Origin: Mobula hypostoma
Lineage: Eukaryota
Length of the DNA stretch: 64,000 nt
Direction of reading: 5' to 3'
Assembly: GCF_963921235.1 (NCBI RefSeq)
Contig: NC_086097.1
Location: 250,048,001 to 250,112,000 of the forward strand
The notes beneath the pieces are model-generated. The model had not been told where the DNA came from. It did no database searches and saw only the letters and a list, made by a program, of their open reading frames with translations. Shown piece by piece: positions 51,328-63,006 of the stretch (within the stretch, counting starts at the first letter, position 1; the number at the start of each line of letters is the position of its first letter). Made by a program: the position numbers and the translations under genes.

Positions 51328-52285
51328 ATCAGAATCAGGTTTATTATCATTGACCTGTGTTGTGAAATTTGTTGTTTTGCAGCAACAGTATAGCGCAATG
51401 CATAAAATATATTATAATTTATAATAAAGGTGTATTTAAAAAATTAAATAAATAGTGCAAAAAAAAACCCCAAAAAATACTGAGGCAGTGCTCATGGGTT
51501 CAATGTCCATTCAGAAATCTGATGGCAGAGGGGAAGAAGCTGTTCCTAAAATACTGAGTGTGTGTCTTGTAGTTCCAGTGTCACCTCTTTGATTGTAGCG
51601 ATGATTAGAGGGCATGTCCGGGGTGATGGGTCCTTAACGATGGATGCCTTCTTTTTCCGGCATTGCCTTTTGAAGGTGTCCTCGACGCTGGGGAGTCATG
51701 ATGGAGTTAGCTGAGTTTACAACCCTTTGCAGATTTTTCCGATGCTGTGCTGTGCAGTGCAGTGCTGTGCTCCCTCCATTCCAGGTGGTGATGTGACCAG
51801 TTAGAATGCTTTCCACAGCACATTGCAGAAATTTGCTCATTTTTGGTGACATACTGAATCTCTTCTAATGAAATGTATCCACTGCCTTGCTACCTTCATG
51901 GTTGCATCAATCTTTGGGGCCAGGGATAGATCTTCAGAGATGTTGACACCAGGAGTCTTGAAACGGCTCAGCACCCTTTCTAATGCGGACCCCTTCATGA
52001 GGACTGGTGTTTCCTCCCACTGATTCCCCGTCCTGAAGTCAACGATCAATTCCCTGGTTTTACTGACTTCGAGTACAAGGTTGTAGTAATACCACTCAAC
52101 CAGCTGATCTATCTCGCTATACACACCTCCTCATCACCATCTGAAATTCATTCAACAATAGTGTATCATTGGCAAATTGATAGATGACTTTTGAGCTGTG
52201 CCTAACCAGACAGTCGTGGGTGTAGAGTGTAGAACAGCAGGCTAAGCACACATCCTAGAGGTGTGCCTTTGTCGGTTGTCAACAA
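51328..52285 (-). mobile_element. Rex1/Babar-like LINE RT C-terminus and 3' end
   Basis: Peptides NLVLEVSKTRELIVDFR and AVESILTGHITTWNG; (ATCAGA)n tail on the + strand. Confidence 0.8.
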
Positions 52286-52338
52286 GGAGCTGTCAAACTG
52301 TGAAAGATGTATTATTATGAACATGCGTTCTTTCCCAG

Positions 52339-52491
52339 GAGGAAGAGCATCTTGCTAAGGACCCTGCATCCACTATACCTGGAGCGCAGAGTGTGAAGAG
52401 AAAAGCTGACACTCCACTTGGCTCTCCACTGGAACCTGGCCAAGTTCTGGAAAAAGATGAAGACAACAGCAAAGTTAAACTAAAAATCAAA
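52339..52491 (+). CDS. TAF2: TAF2 symmetric, probably alternatively spliced exon (EEEHLAKDPASTIPGAQSVKRKADTPLGSPLEPGQVLEKDEDNSKVKLKIK)
   Basis: Acceptor gttctttcccag|, donor AAA|gtaagg; 153 nt, phase 0-0, no stops; resembles the recalled insert of long vertebrate TAF2 isoforms (KRKSDTPLGSPLEPGQ...KVKLKI). Confidence 0.85.
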
Positions 52492-53469
52492 GTAAGGAGG
52501 TTCTTCTGATTATCTGGAAATTAATTTTCTGAAATGCGAGCAATTCTTTACGATAATTATAACAGGAATAGATTGCTGAAAACATCTAGCCAGTTATCAG
52601 TATTTATGGGGAAAGAGAAAAGAGATATTTATGTTAGAAGCTGGTTATTAAAAGAGAACGTATTAAATAAGTACAATACAAGAAAAGATATTTAAAAATT
52701 AGATTGTCAAGCATTGAGTGGTAATAATGGAAGGCAGCAGCAATGATGATGCAACAACTATAGAAAAATAATGTGTTCAGAGAAGATGTGAGAATCTGCA
52801 GCAAAAAGTGAGGGAGTATAGGATAAATTCCGAGTCTAAGGAAGAAAGAGGCTAAAGGATCCGAGCACTACTTATCCTGTACTAAAACCCAACCCGATTC
52901 CTCTTCCTGTAGCTCTGCTAGAGCCAATCTCTATTAAATAGCCTGAGTAGAAACGTGGATTTTGAGAGGAAGTGAAAGCAATGGTTGCAGTCTAAATGTA
53001 GAATATTACAGCACAGTGCAGGCCCTTTGGCCCAAGATGTTGTACTGACCTTTTAAACTACTCAAGATCAATCGAACCCTTCCTTCCTACACAGCCCTCC
53101 ATTTTTCTATTATGTGTGTACCTATCCAAGAATTTCTTAAATGCCCCTAATGTATCTGCCTCTACACCATCCCTGGCAGGGTATTCCAAACACCTACCAC
53201 CCTCTGTGTAAAGAGCTTACCTCTGACTTCCCCAAGGGCAGAATTGAAATGAGGTGAAGAATTCACGCTGTACATCTCACAGTTGGGAACTGAACAAAGT
53301 ACTCAGCAGGATAAGTTAATAACTTAATAAAGACTGTAAATAGCTGAAGTCTGGGCTGATCCTTGCACAAGCTCACAAGTTACGTAAAACCTGACATTTT
53401 ACTGACATTCCATTTATTCTTGCTCTCTTTCATTTGCCTGTTAACCAATTTTCAACATGATGTCTCTAG

Positions 53470-53896
53470 TTTTAAGAATCCCAAGTGTGATGTGAAATAC
53501 TTCATAAAAATCCAAATTTACCACATTAGATGTGCAGGTATCCTTCTACCTTGTTGCTTACAGCTTCAATAAGCCCTTAATAGTCCTGTGAACATGCCTC
53601 TTGTATAATAATTGGATGCTCTTACTCCCATTCCAGTGTTACCTTCTCATATTCATCTTTTTTTAAGCTGCTTCAGCTCATATCAATAATATAATCTGTT
53701 ATTAACACAAGTGATCAGTGATCTGAAAATGATGGGAGTAAGAGCATCCAATTAATATCATACAAGAGGCACGTTCACAAGACTATTAAGGGTTTCTTGA
53801 GGCTGTTAGCAACAAGATAGAAGGATACCTGCATATCTAATGTGGTAAATTTGGATTTTTATAAAGTATTTTACATCACACTCGGGATTCTTAAAA
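53470..53896. repeat. Long inverted repeat (arms 53470-53631 and 53732-53896, 100-nt spacer)
   Basis: Manual alignment of arm 1 to the reverse complement of arm 2 gives about 12 substitutions and one 3-nt indel over ~165 bp. Confidence 0.92.
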
Positions 53897-54342
53897 AGTT
53901 AACTCAGATTGAGATTTATTTATCACATGTACGTCGAAACGTACAGTGAAATGTGTCATTTGTGTTAACAGCCAACACACCCGAGAGTGTGCTGGCTGTT
54001 AACACAAATTTTGCCACACATTCTGCCGCCAGTGTACCAAGCCCATGCAGTTTGGTGGAACAAGACCGAACACGGCAAAACAGAATGTACCTAGCAACAA
54101 GGCAAGAACAGTGAAATAAGATGACATTCCTCACCACGCAAGTACACTGTCGTCTGACTCCAGGACAGGCCGTTGTCTTCGGCCTCCAGCCTCTAGTGGA
54201 CTTGTGGATTCACAGACATTATTGCTTTGTTTCTAGGAACTGAACTGATCGTTGCAATGACAGTTAACATTTTAATTCCCAATCATAACTATTTATATCT
54301 GTAGTTTGAAGGGGAAACATCTTCTTTCTGTCTTCTCTTTAG

Positions 54343-54448
54343 TTTTCGAATTCTCAAGAGGATGAGGAGATTGACATGGACTCCGTTCACGATAGTCAGG
54401 CCTTTATATATCATCAACTGAACATACTGGAACGACCATCTACACCAG
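54343..54448 (+). CDS. TAF2: TAF2 internal coding exon (FSNSQEDEEIDMDSVHDSQAFIYHQLNILERPSTP)
   Basis: Acceptor tcttctctttag|, donor CCAG|gtagga; 106 nt, phase 0 to 1; matches TAF2 FSSSQDEEEIDMDTVHDSQAF...LERPSTPG. Confidence 0.95.
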
Positions 54449-54489
54449 GTAGGAGAAACCGATACATTAATCATAACCGAAATGAAAGG

Positions 54490-55222
54490 GTTGTCTATCT
54501 TCTAAATGGAGAGAAAATGCAGAATACTGAGGCACAAAGGGACTTGGGAGTGCTTGTGTAGGATCCCCTAAAGGTTAATTTTCAGATTAAGTCTGTGGTG
54601 AGGAAGGCAAATTCAATGTTAGCATTCATTTCAAGAGGGCTAGAATATAAAAGCAAGGACGTAATGTTGAGACTTTTTAAAGCACTGGTGAGGCTTCACT
54701 TGGAGTATTGTGAGCAGTTTTGAACCCCCTTATCATAGAAAGGTTGTGATGAAACTGGAGAGGGTTCAAAGGAGGTTCATGAGGATGATTCCAGGGCTGA
54801 ATGTCTAGCCATATGAAGAGTGTCTGATGGCTCTGGACCTGTATTTACTAAAATTCAGCAGAATGAGGGGTGACCTCATTTAAGCCTATCAAGTGGATGT
54901 GGAAAGGATGTTTTCTGTGGTGGGAGAGTCTAAGACCAGACGACACAGCCTCAGAATAAAGGGGCATCCTTTTAGAACAGAGTTGAGCAATTTCTTTAGC
55001 CAGAGAGTGCTGAATCTGGAATTCTTTGCCGCAGGCAGCTGTGGGGGCCAAGCCTTTATGTATATTTAAAGCAGAGGTTCATAGGTTCTTAATTGGTCAG
55101 GGCATAAAGGGATATGGGAAGAAGGCAGGAAATTAGGGCCGAGAGGAAAATTGAATCAGCCATGATGAAATGGCAGAGCAGACTCAAGGGGCCAAATTCT
55201 GCTCCTGTATCTTATGGTCTTA
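54490..55222 (+). mobile_element. CR1-type LINE 3' fragment starting ~40 nt after a TAF2 donor
   Basis: YLLNGEKMQNTEAQRDLGVLV, LVRLHLEYC and the CR1 tail. Confidence 0.85.
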
Positions 55223-56002
55223 TTAACAGGAAAAAAAGGTTGTCCTCAGTTATAGTAAGCTGATATGTGGAAGAATCTGTGTAGATGATTAGTAGACTCA
55301 TTGTTCAAGCATGAACTTGTATGGTGGTCACATCAGTTAATATACAAAGTTTAGAGTCATTACTTATTGTAAAAAAACAAAGAAAAAAAATTCCCAAAAA
55401 ATTGATAGCTGAAATGTATATGGAATGAATTACAAGAACTATTGTTTTTGCTGAATGAAGAGCTCCAACTCAGTCAAGTACATTGAGGCCAATGGATAAT
55501 TGGAAAAACATCAGCTACCATTGGAACAAGATCTGGCTTGTAGTATGAATAGTGAAATACTTTGCCAATTATCCGCAGTCTGCAGCATATACAACAGACC
55601 AACTGAGAGTTCAATGGGCCACTGAAATTGCTTTCAATATAAATAATAGAATTTGTCATTTCTTTGGACTATTTCAGACTTCATTTCTGAAATGGAGAAA
55701 ACATTGGGCCGATCTTTTGTTACTTGAAAAATTGTTACCCACCTGTGACTAGGCCATCAATGTTCTTTGTTCTACTATAGGTTCTGGCACAACTTTCCTC
55801 TGGTGACTTGACTGTAAGCAGGCAGCTGTTTCCCAGTGAAGCATGAGGTCTGTCTTAGCGCAGCCAGCCAGCTGAGCTGACAGAAATCTCTTTCACAGGT
55901 AGTGAGGTCCCACCACCCCAATGTCTTACTCACCTAGACTCACAAACTGTTCAAGGCTATTCATGTGATCAGGACCTTGATAGCATTCCTAGTCATGAAC
56001 AT

Positions 56003-56890
56003 TTAGACCATAAGACAAACGAGCAGAGTTAGGCTATTTGGCCCATTAGGTCTGCTTCGCATTTCAATCATGGCTGATTATTATCCTGCTCAGCCCCATT
56101 CTTTTGTCTTCTGCTCTGTGACTGTAACTGCGACACCCTTACTAATCAAGAACCCATCAACCTCTGCTTCAAATATACCCAGTGACTTGGGCTACACAGC
56201 AGTCTGTGGCAATGGATTGCTCAGATTCACCACCCTCTGGCTAAAGAAATTCCTGATCACCTCCCTTCTACAGGGACATCCTATTCTGAGGTTGTACCGT
56301 CTGGTCTTAGACTCTCCCACTACTGGAAACATCCTCCCCGCATCCACTCTATCTGGGCCTTTCAACGTTCAATAGGTTTCAATGAGATCCCCCCCCCATT
56401 CTTCTGAACTCCATTGAGTACAGGCTCAGAGCCATCAAATGCTCCTCATACGTTAACACTTTCATTCCTGGGATCACTGTGGGGCACCATAGTGGTGTAG
56501 CAGTTAGCCCGAAGTTATTACAGCTTGTGCCTTCGAAGTTCAATCCCGGCGTCTTCAGTGAGGAGTTTGTGCATCCTCCCCTTGGAACGTGTGGGTTTCC
56601 CCTAGGTGCTCCTGTTTTTCCCTACAGTCCAAAGACCTACAGGTTAGTAAATTCATTGATCATTGTAAACTGACCCATGGATTACCTACGGTTGCTGGGC
56701 AGTGCAGTTCAAAAGGCCAGAAGGGCTATTCCACATTGCATCTCTAAATAAATGAATAGTTCATTCTTGTAAACCTCCTCTGGACCGTCTCCAATGACAG
56801 CACCTCCTTTCTTAGAAATGGGGCCCAAAACTGTTCACAGTACTCCAAGTGGAGTCTGGTCAATGTCTTGTAAAAGCCACAGCATTACAT
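56003..56890 (-). mobile_element. CR1-type LINE 3' fragment interrupted by a SINE
   Basis: Reverse complement of the CR1 tail and RT end; continuous across the SINE (cctgggatcact | tcattcttgtaaacctcc). Confidence 0.8.
56480..56755 (+). mobile_element. tRNA-derived SINE (HE1/V-SINE-like)
   Basis: A box tagtggtgtagcagttag, B box gttcaatccc, core gtgggtttcccctaggtgctcc..cagtccaaagac, and an A-rich tail. Confidence 0.75.
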
Positions 56891-58182
56891 CTTACTGTTA
56901 TAATTGATAACATTTAGCACATACAAAAAATGTAATTACTTTGTCTTTGCATTTAAACTAAGTTTACACAAGCACTAAAATCAATTAAATAATTATGATT
57001 GACTTAAATTGTAAAACTACAACTGCTCATCTTTCTCCCAGCCATTGTCAATGCCTCTCATTCATTTGAATAATGACTTGGAACGTGGAGAATAAAATGT
57101 TACAGCGTGGCATGGGCTCTTCAGCCCACAATGTTGTGCTGACCCTTTAACCTACTCTAAAATCAATTTGAGCCTTCCCTCTTAAATAACCCTCCATTAC
57201 TCAACATGCATGTCTATTCAAGAATTTCCTAAAGTCCCCTAATGCCTCTGCCACCACCCCTAGCAGCACGTCCCACACATTCGCCACCCACCCCCCGGCC
57301 CCCATAATTTCCTCCAATCAATTTAAAATTATGTCCTCTCATATTAGTTATTTCCACCCTTGGAAAAAGTCTCTGGCTATCTAACTTGTACATCTCACAT
57401 CCTCCACTTTAAAGAGAAGAGCTTGAACTTGCTCAGCCTTTGTTCATAAGGCATCCTCTCCAGTTCGGGCAGCATCCTGGTAAATCTCCTCTTCACTCTC
57501 TCTAAAACTTCCACATCCTTTCTATAATGAGGGCAGAACTGAACACAAATGTGGTCCAACCAGGGTTTTATAGAGCTACAAGTTTACCTCTCAGCTCCAC
57601 TGGTCTCAATCCACTGATTAGTGAAGACGAACACATCATATGCTTTCTTAGCCTTCTTATCATCCCTGGTGCCATGTTTAAACCAGCGCAAGCTCAGGGG
57701 CAGGTAATCCCAGTCAGAGATGGGCAGTATTAGGAGAGAGTGATGCTGCCCCCTTTGACCAGAAGGTCCTACAAGAGCAACATGTGTAGGAAGGTAGAAG
57801 ATACAGCTGTGGCTTTACACCAGTGGAGACAGGGACTTTCATAGGGATGTGTGGTAAGACCCAGTGCTGGTAATGGTGCTGGGGTGGATGCTTATTTTTC
57901 CATTATTGTTATTGTGAACATCATTATCATCTACTGCACTCAATTTATGATGGTTCCTGTGTGCATCTGTGTGATTGATTGGTTGTCTGTTGACAGATTT
58001 TGTGCAGTTCTTCTTCTGTACATTTGATGGTGACTATTGAGTCCAAGTTGTAAGCGACATGGAAACCCACAATAAGGACATGGAAACTGTCCTGAATCCG
58101 ATAGTGCGGCCACTGCTATAGCACTAAGAAATTTGTGTGGGAGAATTTTTAAAGTAGAAAACCTGTAGAACTGGGGAAACAT

Positions 58183-58700
58183 GCACAAAATGCTGGGGGA
58201 GCTCAGCAAGTCAGCGGCATCTATGAAAATGAATAAACAGTCAACATTTCAGGCTGAGACTCTTCATTGGGACTGGAAAGGCAGGGAGAAGATGCCAGAA
58301 TATAAAACATGAGGGGGTATGGGAGGGAGGACAAACTGGAAGGTGATAGGTGAAGCCATCTGGTTGGGAAAGGCAAAGGGCTGGAGAAGAAGGAAGAGGA
58401 AAGTGGACCATGGGAGAAAGGGAAATAGGAGGGACACCATAGGGAGATGATAGGCAGGTGAGGAGATTAGGCAAGAGCCCAGAATGGGGAGTATAAGAAG
58501 AGGAAAGTGGGGAGCGGAAAAGAAAAAAGAACACCGGAAGAAGAAAGCGATGTTCATGCCCTCAGGCTGGAGGTTAGTAGATGAAGAGTGGCCTCAGCAC
58601 GGCTAAAGAGAAAGCCTTGGACTGACATGTCAGAATGGGAATGGGGATCGAAATTTAAATGGTTGGCCACTGAGAAATTCTGCTTTTGGAGGATGGTGCA
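58183..58700 (-). mobile_element. PLE 3' fragment (GIY-YIG end + hammerhead-like repeat at 58238-58275)
   Basis: Minus-strand peptide SVANHLNFDPHSHSDMSVQGFLF; CAGTC-CCAATGA-AGAGTCTCAGCCT-GAAA-TGTT-GACTG. Confidence 0.75.
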
Positions 58701-59051
58701 AAGTGCTGGACAACCAGGGCAGTTCCACGCTCTCGACCTCAGAAGTCTGGGTCCAGTTGTAGGAGTAGTTGTCACAACTGGGGTCTTCCTTGATTGCAGT
58801 GGATGTACTTCTGTGACTTGCCATGCCCTTCGCTCTCCACGAAGCGTAACAGACCTGTCTTACTGGCTGTCAATCTCACCTGCTCAGTCTGCTAGAGCTG
58901 ATGTTGCATGCTTGGACAATCTGTGTACATATTTGCATATTACATGTAATAAGTTTATCAGCAGATATTCAGTCAATCTGGATTGAAATATATGATAGTG
59001 AGTAAGAAATGATGAGCATAACACATCACTGTGTGTCTGTTATTTCCATAG

Positions 59052-59317
59052 GGAAAGAAACACCAGCTATAGAAACAGGCATGATTTCCATGCCAACTAC
59101 CCCAGTTCCTTCACTTGGCAAAGAGTCAAGTTCGTCGAGGCATGGGGAACACCACCATCATCACCATCACGAGCACAAGAAAAAGAAGAAGAAGCATAAA
59201 CACAAACATAAGCATAAACACAAACATGATGGGAAAGATAAAGAAAAAGACCTGTTTACTTTTTCAAACAGCCCAGCTAGTGGACGGTCTCTTAATTCTC
59301 CTTCGATTTCAGACTGA
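59052..59317 (+). CDS. TAF2: TAF2 terminal coding exon with His/Lys-rich tail (HHHHHHHEHKKKKKKHKHKHKHKHKHD...SPASGRSLNSPSISD*)
   Basis: Acceptor tatttccatag|GG, phase 1; stop TGA at 59315-59317; characteristic TAF2 C-terminus. Confidence 0.96.
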
Positions 59318-60229
59318 ACGAAATGGTGAATTGGCCAAGCAGCCGGACAACCAAGCAAGAAAAAAAGGACCAAATGCGAGGCCACAGTGATAACCTCTGT
59401 GCCCACCTTTCCTAGAAACTAACGGTATTATGTAATGTACATGTACAAAATGAATATGTACCTCAACACACAGGTTTAGTTGACCTAAACTGCAGTTTGC
59501 TGGTTTCTCCAAACTTACCATCCTTGCTTTCACAAAGTGCTCAAAATCAACAACTTTTCCACCCCAGCCCCATTCTTGCATTTCCACGTAGCCATACACT
59601 GTTCTTTGAAAGTATAACTTTCCAGTGGTTTTACTGGCTTGTAGAACCTGCTGTGCATGGCACTTCCTGTTTTTGAGTCCTGCACAAGTTTGTTGGTGAG
59701 ATGATGTTCATTGTAAACATGATACAATGAATTTAATTGGTACTAACCATGCAATGCAAGAAAACCTCAACTCAGAAATTCTTGAGCAAGTGTACTGTGG
59801 AAACTTGCACAAGGCAAGTGGTGAAATGCCATGGATCATCCTCGATATGCAGGTAGGTTGGAGCAGTGGACAGGAAACAGTGGTGGGTAACGCTGAAATA
59901 AGGAGAGGAGAAAATGTGGCATAGAATTTTACAGATTCTTGTTTTATTACATTTTTCTAATTCCCAGAAAAAGCCGTGAGGCCCAGTTAGCGGTAGTCTA
60001 CCCCCAGTAATGAAGTGACCCTCCCCTCCTTTTCACTTATTTTAAAGATTGTTCCTAAGTGGCTGTCAATCTGTAATTGGCATTTGTGATATATTGCTAA
60101 CGATGATGGTGCTGATTCTTTTTAGTTGCTTCTGAGGACTTGTGGAACATGGTCTTTTAAAGTATAAGAATCATTTGTAGTAAATACCAGGTTTTATAAC
60201 AATGCCCTAGGGTCCATATAAGTTTGTAC

Positions 60230-60235
60230 AATAAA
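60230..60235 (+). promoter_or_regulatory. Probable TAF2 polyadenylation signal AATAAA
   Basis: AATAAA preceded by TGTA (60225-60228) and followed by a GU-rich element (tgtgtctgttgtgagtg, ~60256-60272), ~0.9 kb after the stop in repeat-free sequence. Confidence 0.75.
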
Positions 60236-61104
60236 GTGTTTTGTCTTCCATGATTGTGTCTGTTGTGAGTGCAAGTAACTTTTCTTTTCCTCATTGGCTA
60301 AATGTCCTTTCCTCCTCATTGTTTCGTTACCTTTTTGATTACTTCATTATAATTAAGTGTTACTTGTAATACTTGTTCACGAATAATATTGTACAAGACT
60401 TTAATTCAAACTTCATACTTTCCAATCTTGTTCAATAAGTAACTTCCTCATCATACATGGGAGGGAAAAAAAAACAGTTCACCCACAAATACACCCACAA
60501 ATCTCGATTTTTCAGTAGTCCCCTTCCAGCCACTTGAGGTTTTCAAATAACATTTTTTACCTTCATTGAAATAGGAATAATGAAATTCCAAATCTGAAGT
60601 TGAACATTAAAACTGAAGAAACAGCAATTCATCAACTGGACATATTCCCATACATAACTTAACATTACCATTAGATCATTGTGAATGTGGCACACTGTAT
60701 GTGCCCTAAATCTGAACAGGGATTAGAGTGTACTGAGTTGCGATATCAGTGATTTAAGTTTGTGCTGAGCATTATAACTTAGGGCTGTTAGAATGTCAAC
60801 GATTTACCGTTGGACTCAAAAGTAAACATTTTTTATTTCCTTCACTCCAGGTATTACTATATTGTAATAAAGCTAAACATTCACATTACAGAGTTTTGTG
60901 CAGCTCTCTGTTAATTTAGATCTGGATTGTAGTCGGATACCAGTGTATCCGAAACACTAAGTGGAATTGTTGCTTTTTATTTATCATCTCAGCATCACAG
61001 ATATCTGCTAAGTAGGCTCAATGAATCAGGAATTAAAAGCTTCTGCTCCTTTCTGCTTAACAATATAACTTTGAGTATTGCCTTATATAATGAAAATCCA
61101 AAAC

Positions 61105-61395
61105 TATTCTTCTCTTTCTCCTCCTCCTCCTCCTTTTTCTTCCCATCCCATCACCCCCACTGGGGTATAAGCTGTCGACCAACAGCTCACCAGAGTCCTC
61201 TGTCCTGGGCCAACCTTTCAAGTTGTCCCCAGGTGTAGCCCATCTTCAAAGATCCTTCCTCTTCCAGGAACGAGATCTTTGGAGCTTCTGTTGGTGTTTC
61301 TGTAGCTCTGGGTTTTTATAGGGTGGGGTTGCTAGCTCCTTTGCCCAACCTTCCTCCTTTCACAGCCGGGCTGGGGACCGTCCATGGCAGAGTTA
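61105..61395 (-). mobile_element. Short RTE-related non-autonomous element
   Basis: Minus-strand ggttgggcaaaggagctagcaaccccaccctataaaa resembles an RTE 5'UTR motif, and it ends in a (GAG/GAA)n tail. Confidence 0.4.
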
Positions 61396-62694
61396 GAACC
61401 ATGAATAAGTTTGCATACTTAAGAGTTAAGAAAATGATTTTATTTTGAGCATTTAGCTGTCTTTATGATGATAGAACTCATGGAGGTAATGGTGATAAGT
61501 AAAGAGAATCCGTTTCATGTGTTTATAGGAACGGGAACTAGAAGATGTGAATTTGTGACATTTAGTTTGGAAGTACATTATGACTATTTGAGTTTATAAT
61601 TCAAGTACAATGCACCTACTGTATAAAATACAATGTAATATTGTTTATAAATTTATATGATCACTGATATTTGATGGAACTTGATGCTCCTTGTGTTGAT
61701 AATGTCAAATATAACACAGCAAACTGACAGGTTTTCAATATGAAACATCAGTTCTTTTCCTCCCACAGATGCAGCTCTACTGCTCGGCCCATTGATTTCC
61801 TCAGCTGGTTATTGATCGCTATGTGTTTAATAGGTCAATTATTCTATAATAGTCTCCATGTCAAAGGTACAACTTAATGTCAGAGAAATGTATACAATAT
61901 ACATCCTGAAATGCTTTTCCTTCATAAGCATCCACAGAAACAGAGAAGTGCCCCAAAGAATGAACGACAGTTAAATGTGAGAACCCCAAAGATCCCCTTC
62001 CCAGTTCTCCCCTCCCGCGTGTAAGCGGCAGCGAGCAACAATCCCACCTTCCCCTCACTGGCAAAAAAAGCGCATTGGTACCGTCACCGAGCCAAAGCGT
62101 GAGCTAAGCAATAGCAAAGGCACAGACCAAAGTCTTCGCATTTCATCCGACACTCAACAAACCACAGGTTCTCTCCCTGGCAAGGGAGAGGGAGGTGTCC
62201 CCCATTTTCACAGCGAGCGGGAGACAAAACAAAATCCAGCTGGTTTACGATGTTAAAAGCCGGTATCATCACTTTTTTCGAGCTCTGTGTCCGAAGATCG
62301 CAAAGACCTCAGGTCTTTGGGCCCGCAGCGAAAGATTTTCCGGCCCCCCCAACCCTGATTCTCCCACTTCCAGAGCCCTGAGATCTTAGGATTCCGAACA
62401 CGATCAAGACCCTCAGGCCAAACCCTTGGCATGTTGAATAACAGCCAGTCGTGGAACCCCAAGAATGGGTCCCATTCCCACAAAGAACCGAAGCCTGTGT
62501 GTAACTCCAGGTCAGGGTCTTCAAAAGAACCCTGAAAGGAAAAAATAAAGATATTAAAGGTGGAAATAGAGCTTTTCCAAAGATGCAAGCAAAGGAGTGG
62601 CCCAAAAATTCAGTTTGTACTCCTTTTTCTCTTTGACATAAAAGATCTTGTAGACTTTTATCATCTATTTGAGATCGTGAATGAATAGAATTTA

Positions 62695-63006
62695 TTGGAG
62701 GAGTCTAGTACAAGAGGGCATGACTTAAGGATTGAAGGGTGCCCTTTCAGAACAGAAATGCAAAGAAATTTTTTTAGTCAGAGGGTGGTGAGTCTATGGA
62801 ATTTGTTGCCACGGGCAGCAGTGGAAGCCAAGTCATTGGGTGTATTTAAGGCCGAGATTGATAGGTATCTGAGTAGCCAGGGCATCAAAGGTTATGGTGA
62901 GAAGGTGGGGGAGTGGGACTAAATGGGAGAATGGATCAGCTCATGATAAAATGGCGGAGCAGACTTGATGGGCCGAATGGCTGACCTGCTCCTTGGTCTT
63001 ATGGTC
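62695..63006 (+). mobile_element. CR1-type LINE 3' end
   Basis: STRGHDLRIEGCPFRTEMQRNFFSQRVVSLWNLLP and tail ggtcttatggtct. Confidence 0.85.

Noticed and set aside
57940..58209. C2H2-like peptide CPYCGFPCRLQLGLNSHH on the minus strand
   Set aside because: Resembles the C-terminal Cys/His motif of RTE-type LINE ORFs; no splice context or further fingers, so not called as a host zinc-finger gene.
59009..59051. ATG-initiated 102-aa ORF start before the last TAF2 exon
   Set aside because: Intronic read-through upstream of the true acceptor at 59051/59052.
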